DNA of 64,000 bases from an uncultured Chloroflexia bacterium (GTDB lineage: Bacteria; Chloroflexota; Anaerolineae; CG2-30-64-16): contig CAWEMM010000006.1 of the NCBI GenBank assembly GCA_963810095.1, positions 1,344,001-1,408,000 on the forward strand, in the 5' to 3' direction. The notes beneath the pieces were generated by a model that ran no database searches, was not told the DNA's origin, and worked only from the letters and a program-made list of their open reading frames with translations. How positions within the stretch are numbered: position 1 is the stretch's first letter; each line of letters starts with the position of its first letter. Shown piece after piece: positions 22,956 through 31,889 of the stretch. Position numbers and translations under genes: made by a program.

Positions 22956-25205
22956 GTGACGGCAAACACTCTGCGCGGGACGATCGAGCGCATCACCTAT
23001 CACAACGAGGAGAACGGCTACTCCGTCGTGCAGCTGTTGCCCGACGGCCAGTCGACGCTCGTCACGATCGTCGGCAACATGCTGGGCATCAACGTGGGCG
23101 AGTCCGTCGCACTGACGGGCGCGTGGGTGGCGCACAGCCAGTACGGCAGGCAGTTCAAGGCGGAATCGGTGCAGACCGTCCTGCCCGCCACCGTTGCCGG
23201 CATCGAGCGCTATCTCGGCAGCGGGATGATCAAGGGCGTCGGACCAGTTACCGCAAAACGCATCGTGCGCAAGTTCGGGGCTGAAACCCTCACCGTCATC
23301 GAGCAGGAGCCGGAACGGCTGCTCGAGGTGCTGGGCGTCGGCCGCAAGCGCGTCGACATGATCGCCAAGGCCTGGGTCGAACAGCAGAAGATCAAGGAAG
23401 TGATGTTGTTCCTGCAGAGCCACAACGTTTCGACCGGGCTGGCCGTCCGCATCTTCAAGCGCTACGGCGACGATGCCGTCGACGTGGTACGCAGCGACCC
23501 CTACCGGCTGGCGCGAGAGGTTTACGGCATTGGCTTCCTCACGGCCGACAAGATCGCACGCGAATTGGGCATCGCAGCCGATGCGCCCGAGCGCGTCGCC
23601 GCCGGCGTTTCCTACGCGCTGAGCCAGGCGGCCGACGAAGGGAACTCCTATCTCCCCGAGAAGGAGCTGACGAAGCGCTCGGCCGAACTGCTCGGCGTCG
23701 CAGAAGCGCAGGCGGCCGAAGGCATACGCACGCTGCTGGCCGACGAGCAGGTGTGGGTTGAAGGCGAGACACCCGCCTGGGCCGGCGAGCATGCGGTCCG
23801 GGCCCCTATCGCAGCACTGGCCGAAGAGCGGCCCGTCTACTTGCTGCCGTTCTACTACGGCGAGGTGGGCGTGACGGGACGGCTGCGGCGGCTGGCTGAG
23901 ACGCCCGAAGACCGGTTGGCGGCCTTTGCCAGCTTCAACTGGTCGGCCGCGTTTGCCCTGCTCGCGGCCGACACATCCAACCACCAAACGCTCACGCCCC
24001 GGCAAATGCAAGTAGTCCAGGCCGCCCTGACCAAACGGGTGGTGGTGCTCACGGGTGGCCCGGGTACGGGCAAGACGTTCAGCGTGCGCAGCATCATCCG
24101 GCTGGCCGAGTCGGCGGGCGCGCGGGTTGCGCTGGCCTCGCCAACCGGTCGCGCCGCCAAACGCCTGGCCGAAACCACGGGCCGGCCGGCCAAGACCATC
24201 CATCGCCTGCTGGAGTTCAAGCCCGGTGAAGGGACCACCTTCCAGCGTAATGAGGACAACCCGCTCGAGGCCGACCTGGTCATCGTCGACGAGGCCTCGA
24301 TGCTCGATCTGCTGCTGACGAACCACCTCTTGAAGGCGCTCGCACCGGGTTCGCACCTGCTGTTCGTCGGCGACATCGATCAACTGCCAAGCGTGGGCGC
24401 CGGCAACGTGCTGCGCGACATCATCGCCGCCATCGAGGACTCCGAAGGTTTGCCCAACGCCGAGGTCATCCGCCTCGACACCATCTTCCGCCAGGCGGAA
24501 GGCAGCTTCATCATCACCAACGCGCACCGGATTAACCAGGGCGAGATGCCCGTGCTTGATAACCAGAACAGCCGGGACTTCTTCATTTTCAAGGAAGAAG
24601 ACCCGGACAGGGCCGCCGGGCTGGTGGTCGAGCTGGTGCAGGAGCGGATCCCGCGCAAGTTTGGCCTGGCGCCCGACCAGATCCAGGTGCTCAGCCCGAT
24701 GCACCGCGGGGCCGTCGGCGTGGGCAACCTAAACCTGCTCCTGCAGGCCGCACTCAACCCGCCGAAAGCGGCCGCGCCCGAACGGCAGGTCGCCGGCCGG
24801 GCGTACCGGTTGGGTGACCGGGTGATGCAGATTCGAAACAACTACGACAAGGAAGTCTTCAACGGCGACATGGGGCAGATCGCCGCAATCGATCTGGAGG
24901 AACAAGTCGTGACGGTCCGCATGGACGAGCGCTCGGTTCGCTACGACTTCCTCGAGCTGGACGAGCTGGTCCATGCGTATGCGGTGAGCGTGCACAAGGC
25001 GCAGGGCAGCGAATTCCCGGCGGTCGTCGTCCCCCTGCTGCCCACACATTACATGATGCTCCAGCGCAACCTGCTATATACGGCCGTGACCCGGGCGCAG
25101 AAACTCGTCGTGCTGGTCGGCACACCGCGCGCCGTCGCCATTGCAGTGCGCAACGACCGTGCCCATCAGCGCTATTCCGGCCTGGCCGAGAGACTTGGGG
25201 GATGA
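22956..25205 (+). CDS. recD2: RecD2 (RecD/TraA family) 5'-3' helicase
   Basis: GTIERITYHNEENGYSV, GIGFLTADKIA, TGGPGTGKT, DEASM, HKAQGSEF and LLYTAVTRA motifs. Confidence 0.95.
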   Translation: MTANTLRGTIERITYHNEENGYSVVQLLPDGQSTLVTIVGNMLGINVGESVALTGAWVAHSQYGRQFKAESVQTVLPATVAGIERYLGSGMIKGVGPVTAKRIVRKFGAETLTVIEQEPERLLEVLGVGRKRVDMIAKAWVEQQKIKEVMLFLQSHNVSTGLAVRIFKRYGDDAVDVVRSDPYRLAREVYGIGFLTADKIARELGIAADAPERVAAGVSYALSQAADEGNSYLPEKELTKRSAELLGVAEAQAAEGIRTLLADEQVWVEGETPAWAGEHAVRAPIAALAEERPVYLLPFYYGEVGVTGRLRRLAETPEDRLAAFASFNWSAAFALLAADTSNHQTLTPRQMQVVQAALTKRVVVLTGGPGTGKTFSVRSIIRLAESAGARVALASPTGRAAKRLAETTGRPAKTIHRLLEFKPGEGTTFQRNEDNPLEADLVIVDEASMLDLLLTNHLLKALAPGSHLLFVGDIDQLPSVGAGNVLRDIIAAIEDSEGLPNAEVIRLDTIFRQAEGSFIITNAHRINQGEMPVLDNQNSRDFFIFKEEDPDRAAGLVVELVQERIPRKFGLAPDQIQVLSPMHRGAVGVGNLNLLLQAALNPPKAAAPERQVAGRAYRLGDRVMQIRNNYDKEVFNGDMGQIAAIDLEEQVVTVRMDERSVRYDFLELDELVHAYAVSVHKAQGSEFPAVVVPLLPTHYMMLQRNLLYTAVTRAQKLVVLVGTPRAVAIAVRNDRAHQRYSGLAERLGG

Positions 25206-25216
25206 CTGCAACGGTT

Positions 25217-25300
25217 AACCACCAAGACACGAAGACGTTAAGGTTCACGAAGGATGCTTGTCACCTTCGAGTTTCTTCGTGACTTGGTGTCTTTGTGGTG
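25217..25300. repeat. REP-like imperfect palindrome, family A
   Basis: ACCACCAAGACACGAAG...CTTCGTGACTTGGTGTCTTTGTGGT, similar to 7697-7785. Confidence 0.65.
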
Positions 25301-25314
25301 AAAGGATGGATCCG

Positions 25315-25920
25315 ATGACGATCATTACCCTTTCCAGGGAGTTGGGCAGCCGGGGCGACGACGTGGCAAAGGCCGTGGCCGAACGGCTGGGGCTGCGGCT
25401 GGTCGGCCGCGAGATGATCAACCGGGCCGCTCAGGACGCCGGCGCGGGCGAGGTCGCCCTGGCCGAGTTGGACGAGTTGGGGCTGCTCGGGGTCAAGCCG
25501 TCGGCGGCCAGCCAGAAGCGCTATCGCGCGAAGATCGTGGAAATCATCGAAGCGCAGGCCGCCCAGGGCGACGTGCTGCTCGTCGGCCGGGGCAGCCAGG
25601 TGGTGCTTGGCCAACGGCAGGACGTGCTCCACGTCCGCATCACCGCTCCACTTGCGCTCCGCTGTGCGACGGTGCAGGAGCGGTGCAAGGTGTCTGCGGA
25701 AGTGGCGGCGGCCCGAGTGGCAGCCTCAGACGCAGCGCGCGCCGCATACCACAAGCGCCATTTCGGCGTGCGCTGGGACGACGGGTCGCTCTACGACCTG
25801 GTGCTGAACCTCGCGCGCCTGACCGTGCCGGCCGCGGTGGAGACAATCTGCGCCGCGGCGACCACACAACTCCGGGACACATCAGCGCCAGCCGCCGAAG
25901 GATGTGAGTGCCAGCAATGA
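25315..25920 (+). CDS. cytidylate kinase-like family protein
   Basis: IITLSRELGSRG P-loop, VGRGSQ, SDAARAAYH and YDLVLN motifs. Confidence 0.85.
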   Translation: MTIITLSRELGSRGDDVAKAVAERLGLRLVGREMINRAAQDAGAGEVALAELDELGLLGVKPSAASQKRYRAKIVEIIEAQAAQGDVLLVGRGSQVVLGQRQDVLHVRITAPLALRCATVQERCKVSAEVAAARVAASDAARAAYHKRHFGVRWDDGSLYDLVLNLARLTVPAAVETICAAATTQLRDTSAPAAEGCECQQ

Positions 25921-26276
25921 CGGCCGAAGTTCCTCCTCCCTTCTCCCATCCCGTCGAGGCGGAGTTCGCCCGCATTCTCGACTTCTACGGGATCCCGTGG
26001 GACTACGAGCCGCGCACCTTCGTGCTCGAACGCGACGGGCTGGGCCGCGTCACCGAGGCCTTCTCGCCCGATTTCTACCTGCCCGACCAGGACTTGTATG
26101 TAGAGTTGACGACGATGCAGCCGAACCAGATCCGGCACAAGAACAAGAAGCTCAGGTTGCTCCGCCAGTTGTATCCGGACATCAATATCCGCTTGTTCAA
26201 GCGCGGCGACATCCGCAACCTCCTGCTCAAGTTCGGCGTGGAAGACGTGCCGGACATGATGGCGAACGAGCTATGA
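25917..26276 (+). CDS. small PD-(D/E)xK-fold nuclease-like protein
   Basis: EAEFARILDFYGIPWDYEP..FSPDFYLPDQDLYVELTT. ATGA overlap with the upstream gene. Confidence 0.7.
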   Translation: MTAEVPPPFSHPVEAEFARILDFYGIPWDYEPRTFVLERDGLGRVTEAFSPDFYLPDQDLYVELTTMQPNQIRHKNKKLRLLRQLYPDINIRLFKRGDIRNLLLKFGVEDVPDMMANEL

Positions 26277-26304
26277 CTGCAACTATCAGAGGCTAAAACG
26301 CGCT

Positions 26305-26896
26305 ATGAACGCAACCCCCAACGACTTCACTGCTGGATTGGGCCGCGTGCTCTTCAGCGAGACCGCTCTTCAACGCCGCGTCGCCGAGCTCGGTGCACAG
26401 ATCAGCCGCGACTACGCCGGCCTGAACCCCGTCGTCGTCGGCGTCTTGAAGGGCGTCATGTTCTTTATGAGTGACCTGCTGCGCACGCTCACGCTCCCCG
26501 TCCAGGTCGACTTCATGGCCATCTCCCGCTACCAGGCGGGTGCCGGCGCCAAGGGTCCGGTGCGCCTGACGAAAGACCTGGACGAGCCCGTCGAGGACCG
26601 CCACGTGCTCTTCGTCGAAGACGTGATCGACACCGGGCTCACCCTGAGCTACCTGCTCCGCAATCTGCGCGCCCGCGGGCCCGGCCAGCCTCGAAGTCTG
26701 CACCCTGTTCGACAAGCCCCAGCACCGTCTCGCCGACGTGAAGATCCGCTACAAGGGGTTCGACCTGCCCGATCGCTTCGTCGTCGGCTACGGGCTGGAC
26801 TACCGCGAAGCCTACCGGCACCTGCCCTACGTCGCCGAGCTGACGCCCGAAGCATTGGGCTTCTCGAACGGCCAGCCGAGCCCGCGGCACTCGTAA
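26305..26896 (+). CDS. hpt: hypoxanthine phosphoribosyltransferase (frameshift near 26682)
   Basis: GVLKG and [15 protein letters not shown] motif. The second frame gives [24 protein letters not shown]. Confidence 0.92.
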
Positions 26897-26993
26897 AGCG
26901 CAGCCCGGCTTCGGCCCAGGAAAGGATCAGAAAGCCCGCTTCACGTTTCCAGGTGCAGGCACAGGAAAATTAGCAACTTATGACTGATGACGG

Positions 26994-27267
26994 TTTGGCG
27001 GGGGCGCTCTCGCCCCCGCCGCCCCCGACCAGGGGCTACGCCCTTGGAACCCCAAGGGCAACGCTGCGGGTACATGGGCGGCTAGATAAGTCACTGTACC
27101 GGGGATGAGGCAGGGGTGGCAGAAACCATGCGTGGACTCAACCGCCCTGGTGCGAGAAACGATCACTACCGCGCCCGGCACTGCGAGGCGCCCAACCGTC
27201 AAGAGGCAGCCTGCCCGCCGGGAGCGTTGCCATTGGGGGGTTCGGGGGCCGGCTGGCCCCCGCCAAA
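26994..27267. repeat. MITE/REP-like element with inverted ends
   Basis: TTTGGCGGGGG...CCCCCGCCAAA termini and an inner inverted pair CCCCAAGGGCAACGCT / AGCGTTGCCATTGGGG. A related left end occurs at 55760-55833. Confidence 0.6.
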
Positions 27268-27446
27268 AATGTCTGACCTACATTGCAGCCCGAGCCGGCA
27301 ATTCCTTGTGTTTGTGCTTAAGCTAATCCAGAGCGCCCCCGCAAAGTCGTGATTGACCCCGGCAACCAATAATGCTGTTGCTTTTTTGCGCAGTGTCGGT
27401 TATGATGTTGCCCATGTCCAGCATTTCCAGCAGTTAGGCAGGCGCC

Positions 27447-29393
27447 ATGAGACGTTGGCCCATCTTTGCCGTCGCCGTAGTCCTGTTCTTCACCGTCTTC
27501 CCGGTGGCGGCGCTGGCGCCGAGCGGCGCCATGCCAGGCGAGAAGCTGCCCCCGCGGGCCGCACAGCCCGCGCCTCCCGGCGAAGTCGATCGCACAGGCT
27601 ATATCAAGGGCTTCTACGTCTCGGCCGCGGCCATGGGCAACGCCGACTTCATGGCGCGCGTGAAAGACCTGCTGGAGAACACCGAACTCAACGCGGTCGT
27701 CCTGGACTACAAGAGCGACCGCGGCTATATGGCTTTCCCGACACAGGTCCCACTCGCTGTCGAAATCGGTGCGGACGCCGACCCGCAGGTGAAAGACCCC
27801 GCCGAGTTTATGCGTTGGTTCAAAGAACACAACGTCTACACTATTGCCCGCATCCCCACCTTCAAAGATAACATGCTGACCAAGGCCTACCCGGGCTGGG
27901 CAATCGTCGACACGAACACCGGCGGCGTGTGGCGCGACAAGGAAAAGATGGGCTGGGTGGATGGCAACCGGACAGAGGCGTGGGATTACAATGTTGCCCT
28001 GGCTCAGGAAGCGGCCGCGTACGGTTTCGACGAGATCCAATTTGACTACGTCCGCTTCCCGACGGACGGCAACGTCCACAGCGCCCTTTACTCGAAAGAC
28101 AACACGTACGAGAACCGGGTGGCCGCCATCAGCGGACTCCTGAGCCGCGCCAGCCAGGCACTGCGTCCGCTCGGCGTGAAGGTGAGCGCCGACATTTTCG
28201 GCTACACCTCCTGGGTGCCCGACGACCTGGGAATCGGCCAGCACATCGAGGCGCTTGCGCCCTACGTCGACGTCCTCTCGCCCATGGTTTACCCCTCGAC
28301 CTTCGCCGCGGGCATGCCCGGCGAGAACCCCAAATACCACAACGCCGTCGCCTACCCTTACGAAATCGTCAACAAAAGCACCGAACGCTCGGTGCGGCGG
28401 GCGAAGGAGATCAACCCTCGCATCGAGATCCGCCCTTGGCTCCAGGATTTCCAGGACTACGCGTTCGACTACAGGACGTACACGCCGTACGAAATCCGGC
28501 GCCAGATGGACGGGGCACGTGATGCCGGCGCCCGCGGTTGGCTGCTGTGGGATCCGGCGGTGCGGTACACGAAGGAAGCGTTGGCGGCCGCGCAGCCGGC
28601 CTTCGTGCCCAATGGGGCCGGCCAGGTGCCCGTCCTGGCCTACGGCGACGTTGCTCCCGACGTGCTGCAGGACGACCTCACGTGGCTCTTGGCGCAGGGT
28701 TTCTACCCGACGACGGTCAAAGACCTCGCTGCAGGAAAGCTGGGCGGCGTGCCGGCAGGCAAGAAAGCCGTCGTGCTGACGTTCGACGGCTCGCTGCCCA
28801 ACCAGTTCAAGCTGTTGGAGGGGGGCCAGGTCGATCCGGCGAGCGCGGTGGGCGTGCTGCTCAACTTCGGAGCCCGCCATCCGGCCGACTTCCCCGCCCG
28901 CGCCACCTTCTACGTCGACGCGGTGGGCGGCGAGAACTCCCTCTTCGGCACCTCTGATCTCGCCAGCATCAAGCTGCAGACCTTGCAATCGTGGGGCTTC
29001 GACATTGGCTTGGTGCAGCCTGCCGTCTCTGCCACCGAAGGAACAACTACCGAAGGAGCTACTGCCGAGGCGCTCGGGCAGGCGGCGATGGCCGCATTGG
29101 ACGCGGCGAAACAGCGGCTGGCCGGCCAGCTGCCCGACTTTGTTCCCGCCACCGTGGCGCTTCCGAGCGGCGCATCACTGGCGCCGGTCAGCCAGAGCGA
29201 AGGGGACACCGCCGCTGCGCCCGCCATCCCCTATGCCGGTGCGGTCCTGCCAGCCGGCGGACTCGCCACTTCGCCCTACGACCCCGGGGCGAACCCCTAT
29301 CAGATCCCGCGCCTTCCGGCCGGCGAGGCCGGCGGATCGAGCTGGCGTGACGCCATCGGGGCAGCTGAGATTTACGTTTCCGGGGGCGAATGA
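27447..29393 (+). CDS. secreted putative glycoside hydrolase (DUF4015-like) fused to a degenerate polysaccharide-deacetylase-like domain
   Basis: Signal peptide, TELNAVVLDYKSDRG, GFDEIQFDYVRFP, SPMVYPS and RPWLQDF motifs. C-terminal VPVLAY and VVLTFDG motifs. Confidence 0.82.
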   Translation: MRRWPIFAVAVVLFFTVFPVAALAPSGAMPGEKLPPRAAQPAPPGEVDRTGYIKGFYVSAAAMGNADFMARVKDLLENTELNAVVLDYKSDRGYMAFPTQVPLAVEIGADADPQVKDPAEFMRWFKEHNVYTIARIPTFKDNMLTKAYPGWAIVDTNTGGVWRDKEKMGWVDGNRTEAWDYNVALAQEAAAYGFDEIQFDYVRFPTDGNVHSALYSKDNTYENRVAAISGLLSRASQALRPLGVKVSADIFGYTSWVPDDLGIGQHIEALAPYVDVLSPMVYPSTFAAGMPGENPKYHNAVAYPYEIVNKSTERSVRRAKEINPRIEIRPWLQDFQDYAFDYRTYTPYEIRRQMDGARDAGARGWLLWDPAVRYTKEALAAAQPAFVPNGAGQVPVLAYGDVAPDVLQDDLTWLLAQGFYPTTVKDLAAGKLGGVPAGKKAVVLTFDGSLPNQFKLLEGGQVDPASAVGVLLNFGARHPADFPARATFYVDAVGGENSLFGTSDLASIKLQTLQSWGFDIGLVQPAVSATEGTTTEGATAEALGQAAMAALDAAKQRLAGQLPDFVPATVALPSGASLAPVSQSEGDTAAAPAIPYAGAVLPAGGLATSPYDPGANPYQIPRLPAGEAGGSSWRDAIGAAEIYVSGGE

Positions 29394-29422
29394 ACCGGCG
29401 GGGCGAGGCAGAAGGCCCGAGC

Positions 29423-29456
29423 AATAAAAAGGGAGCGTTGGAATCAACGCTCCCTG
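29423..29456 (-). terminator. intrinsic terminator of the minus-strand ncRNA (possibly bidirectional)
   Basis: AGGGAGCGTTG-ATTC-CAACGCTCCCT followed by TTTTATT on the minus strand. Confidence 0.85.
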
Positions 29457-29467
29457 CCGGTTAAACA

Positions 29468-29651
29468 GAGGTGCCCCAAGCAACCGTCTGGCTTTTGAAT
29501 TCCGGGCTCGCTCTTCACTCGCTTAGTCACTTACCAGATTTTCAAGCTTCTGCACTTTTCAGCACGTCTGCTCAACCGGTTTGTCCGAGCTTCCAGTTTC
29601 CTGGTGTATCTTCGAGCCTGGAACCGCCGTCTGATTTCTCGGGGCTCCCTC
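29468..29651 (-). ncRNA. 6S-like RNA (184-nt core within a transcript of about 280 nt)
   Basis: Flanked by a consensus promoter and a terminator. The 5' and 3' ends pair extensively (GAGG/CCTC, GCCCCGAG/CTTGGGGC, GGTTCC/GGAATT, GGCTCG/CGAGCC), followed by a bubble and an inner ACCAG/CTGGT helix. No convincing ORF. Confidence 0.65.
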
Positions 29652-29707
29652 ACCAGTAGATCAACAACGCCCTTATGATTGTTTGTTGTTTTTCTATTGG
29701 CGCATTG

Positions 29708-29736
29708 AGTGTAGCTGAAATCCACGCTATTGTCAA
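29708..29736 (-). promoter_or_regulatory. sigma70-type promoter TTGACA-17-TACACT
   Basis: -35 at 29731-29736, 17-nt spacer, -10 at 29708-29713, AT-rich upstream sequence. Confidence 0.85.
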
Positions 29737-29739
29737 TAC

Positions 29740-30085
29740 TTTTTATGACAACTTATGAGCCGCACGCGAAATATTAAGCTAAACTTATAAATACCCCGCC
29801 GGCTGTCATCGCCACCGTAAGGGTTGTAACGTATTGAGCTAATGAGTATCTTATTAAAAACAGTAGTAGTAGGGACTGTGGATATGTGGGCAAGACGCGC
29901 TGCAGCAGCGGCGTGCGCGGGATTCCGCGCACCGGTCAGGCGCTCCCACTACATGTGGCCTGCGGCAAATGGCGTCTGGTGTGGGTGGGCCGTGCGCCCG
30001 AGGCCGGGTTTTGTGCCGCAAAGGACATAGGGGGATAACTGGCCTCTGTTTCTCCTGGTTGTCCCCAGTTAAGTGTGGAAAACCG
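29740..30085. other. candidate chromosomal replication origin (oriC)
   Basis: AT-rich tract, then CAGTAGTAGTAG (DnaA-trios, 29861-29872), GGAC, and tandem TGTGGATAT/TGTGGGCAA boxes (29877-29893). Further boxes GGGGGATAA (30030), TTGTCCCCA (30059) and TGTGGAAAA (30074). Confidence 0.75.
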
Positions 30086-30227
30086 GGAGTGGCCGGGAGA
30101 TGCGGTTGCCATAACGGCCGCTTTTGGTCCTGCCCGGCACCAATGCTATACTGCAAGCGTCAATGAGACGCCGCCCGATTTTGGGCGGCGTTTTGCCCGT
30201 CAGGGGCCGGGAGGCACAGTTCGTTCG

Positions 30228-31043
30228 TTGGCTAGTATTCGCATCATGACCTACAACATTCACCGCTGGGCCGGACGGGACCAGCGGATGGCGCTTGATA
30301 GCCTCGCCGATGTCATCGCCGGCGCCGAGGCCGACGTTATCGGCCTCAACGAGGTGCTTCACCCGGTCACTACGTCGTTGCACACGTATGCCCCGCTCGC
30401 ACAACTCGCCGAGCGACTCGGCATGTGGTACGCCTTTGGGCCCAGTGGGTGGATTGACCAGGGGCCGAGTTGGCATGGCCCGGTGGGAAATGCCTTGCTG
30501 AGCCGCTATCCGCTGGTGGACGTCGCAAACACGCTGCTCCCGCGCCTGCCGGGCACCAAGCAGCGCTCCCTTTTGTGCGCCACGCTCGATGCAGAGCCCG
30601 TGCAGGGCCTCACCGCATTTGTAACGCACCTCGACCATGCCTTCGAAGGCACGCGGCTTGTCCAGATTCGCGGCGTGCTGCGGCGACTGATCCAGCGAGG
30701 ACACAACCACCCGCACTTCCTGATGGGCGACTTCAACACGCCCGGCTTTCTCGGCGCCCGATCGCGCCAGGTCATGCCCCCGGTCCTTCAAGCCATGCAC
30801 GCTGCCGGGTATAGCGATGCATTTCGAACGGTTGGCGAAGGCGCGGGGCGCACCTTCCCGGCCCATTCTCCGATGGTCAGGATCGATTTTCAGTTCGTTC
30901 CGCAGAAGTGGGCGCACGGCTTGCAGCGGGCCGAGGCGATCGGGGGCAGCGCGGCGCACCGCGCGTCCGATCATCGCCCGCTCCTTGTCGAGTGGCTGTG
31001 GCCCGAGCGGACCCGCCTGGGTGAGCTGTCTCCTGCAGGATAA
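30228..31043 (+). CDS. endonuclease/exonuclease/phosphatase (EEP) family protein
   Basis: MTYNIH, ADVIGLNEV, GNALLSRYP, THLDH, MGDFN and ASDHRP motifs. Confidence 0.88.
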   Translation: MASIRIMTYNIHRWAGRDQRMALDSLADVIAGAEADVIGLNEVLHPVTTSLHTYAPLAQLAERLGMWYAFGPSGWIDQGPSWHGPVGNALLSRYPLVDVANTLLPRLPGTKQRSLLCATLDAEPVQGLTAFVTHLDHAFEGTRLVQIRGVLRRLIQRGHNHPHFLMGDFNTPGFLGARSRQVMPPVLQAMHAAGYSDAFRTVGEGAGRTFPAHSPMVRIDFQFVPQKWAHGLQRAEAIGGSAAHRASDHRPLLVEWLWPERTRLGELSPAG

Positions 31044-31082
31044 GCCCGCGCCGCAACCTTCGCCGTCGAGCAAGAGAAGCCA

Positions 31083-31889
31083 GTGAGAGTTCTGACCTAC
31101 AACGTTCATGGCTGGCTCACGCCAGCAGGCGGGCCGAACGTCGACCTGATCGCCGACGTGGTGGGCCGGGCTGACGCCGACCTTGTAGGGCTCAACGAGG
31201 TCTTCTATCCGGACGCCGGCGTCGTGCTGCCGGCGCTCGAACGCCTCGCCGGGGCGCTGGGCATGCATTTCGCGTTTGGCGCTACCCAGCCCACCGATCC
31301 CCAGAAACATCCGCCTTACGGCAATGCCTTGCTGAGCCGTTGGCCCATTGCAGCCTACGCAGCCCATCACCTTGCGCCCGTCGTCAGTTATGGCAAGCGG
31401 GGCCTTTTAGAATGCCGGGTTGTTCGCCCTGACGGTCGAACGCTGACCGTCTACGTCACACATCTCGACCATCGCTCCGAAAAAATCCGCCTCGAGCAGT
31501 GGTCTTCGGCCAACACCTGGTTGCTGCGTGACCGCAACCGGCCGCATCTGCTGCTTGGCGACTTCAACGCCTTGGCCGAGACCGACTATCCCGATCCGGG
31601 CGCCCGCGAACGGCTGGCGGCTTACCAGGTCGAGCGGGAGTGGCCGACGCCGGCATTCGATCTGGTGGCCCAGGTAACCCGGGCGGGCTACCTGGACGGC
31701 TTTGTTGCCGCAGGCCATCCAGCGGGCGCCGGCGCAACCTTCCCCGCCGCCGCGCCTGAGCGCAGGGTCGACTACATCTTTTTGCCAGAGCTATGGCGCG
31801 ACGCGCTGAAGGCCTGTGCCCCGTTCGACCTAGGCCCGGTGCGCGCGGCTTCGGATCACCGTCCCGTGATGGCCGAAATCGATGCCTGA
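31083..31889 (+). CDS. EEP family protein (paralog of the upstream gene)
   Basis: LTYNVH, ADLVGLNEV, GNALLSRWP, THLDH, LGDFN, RVDYIF and ASDHRP motifs. Confidence 0.88.
   Translation: MRVLTYNVHGWLTPAGGPNVDLIADVVGRADADLVGLNEVFYPDAGVVLPALERLAGALGMHFAFGATQPTDPQKHPPYGNALLSRWPIAAYAAHHLAPVVSYGKRGLLECRVVRPDGRTLTVYVTHLDHRSEKIRLEQWSSANTWLLRDRNRPHLLLGDFNALAETDYPDPGARERLAAYQVEREWPTPAFDLVAQVTRAGYLDGFVAAGHPAGAGATFPAAAPERRVDYIFLPELWRDALKACAPFDLGPVRAASDHRPVMAEIDA

Noticed and set aside
29531-30156. Short ORFs 29531-29725, 29842-30030 and 29854-30156 as proteins
   Set aside because: The first starts inside the promoter spacer. The others overlap the DnaA-box/trio region and lack an RBS or coding-like composition.
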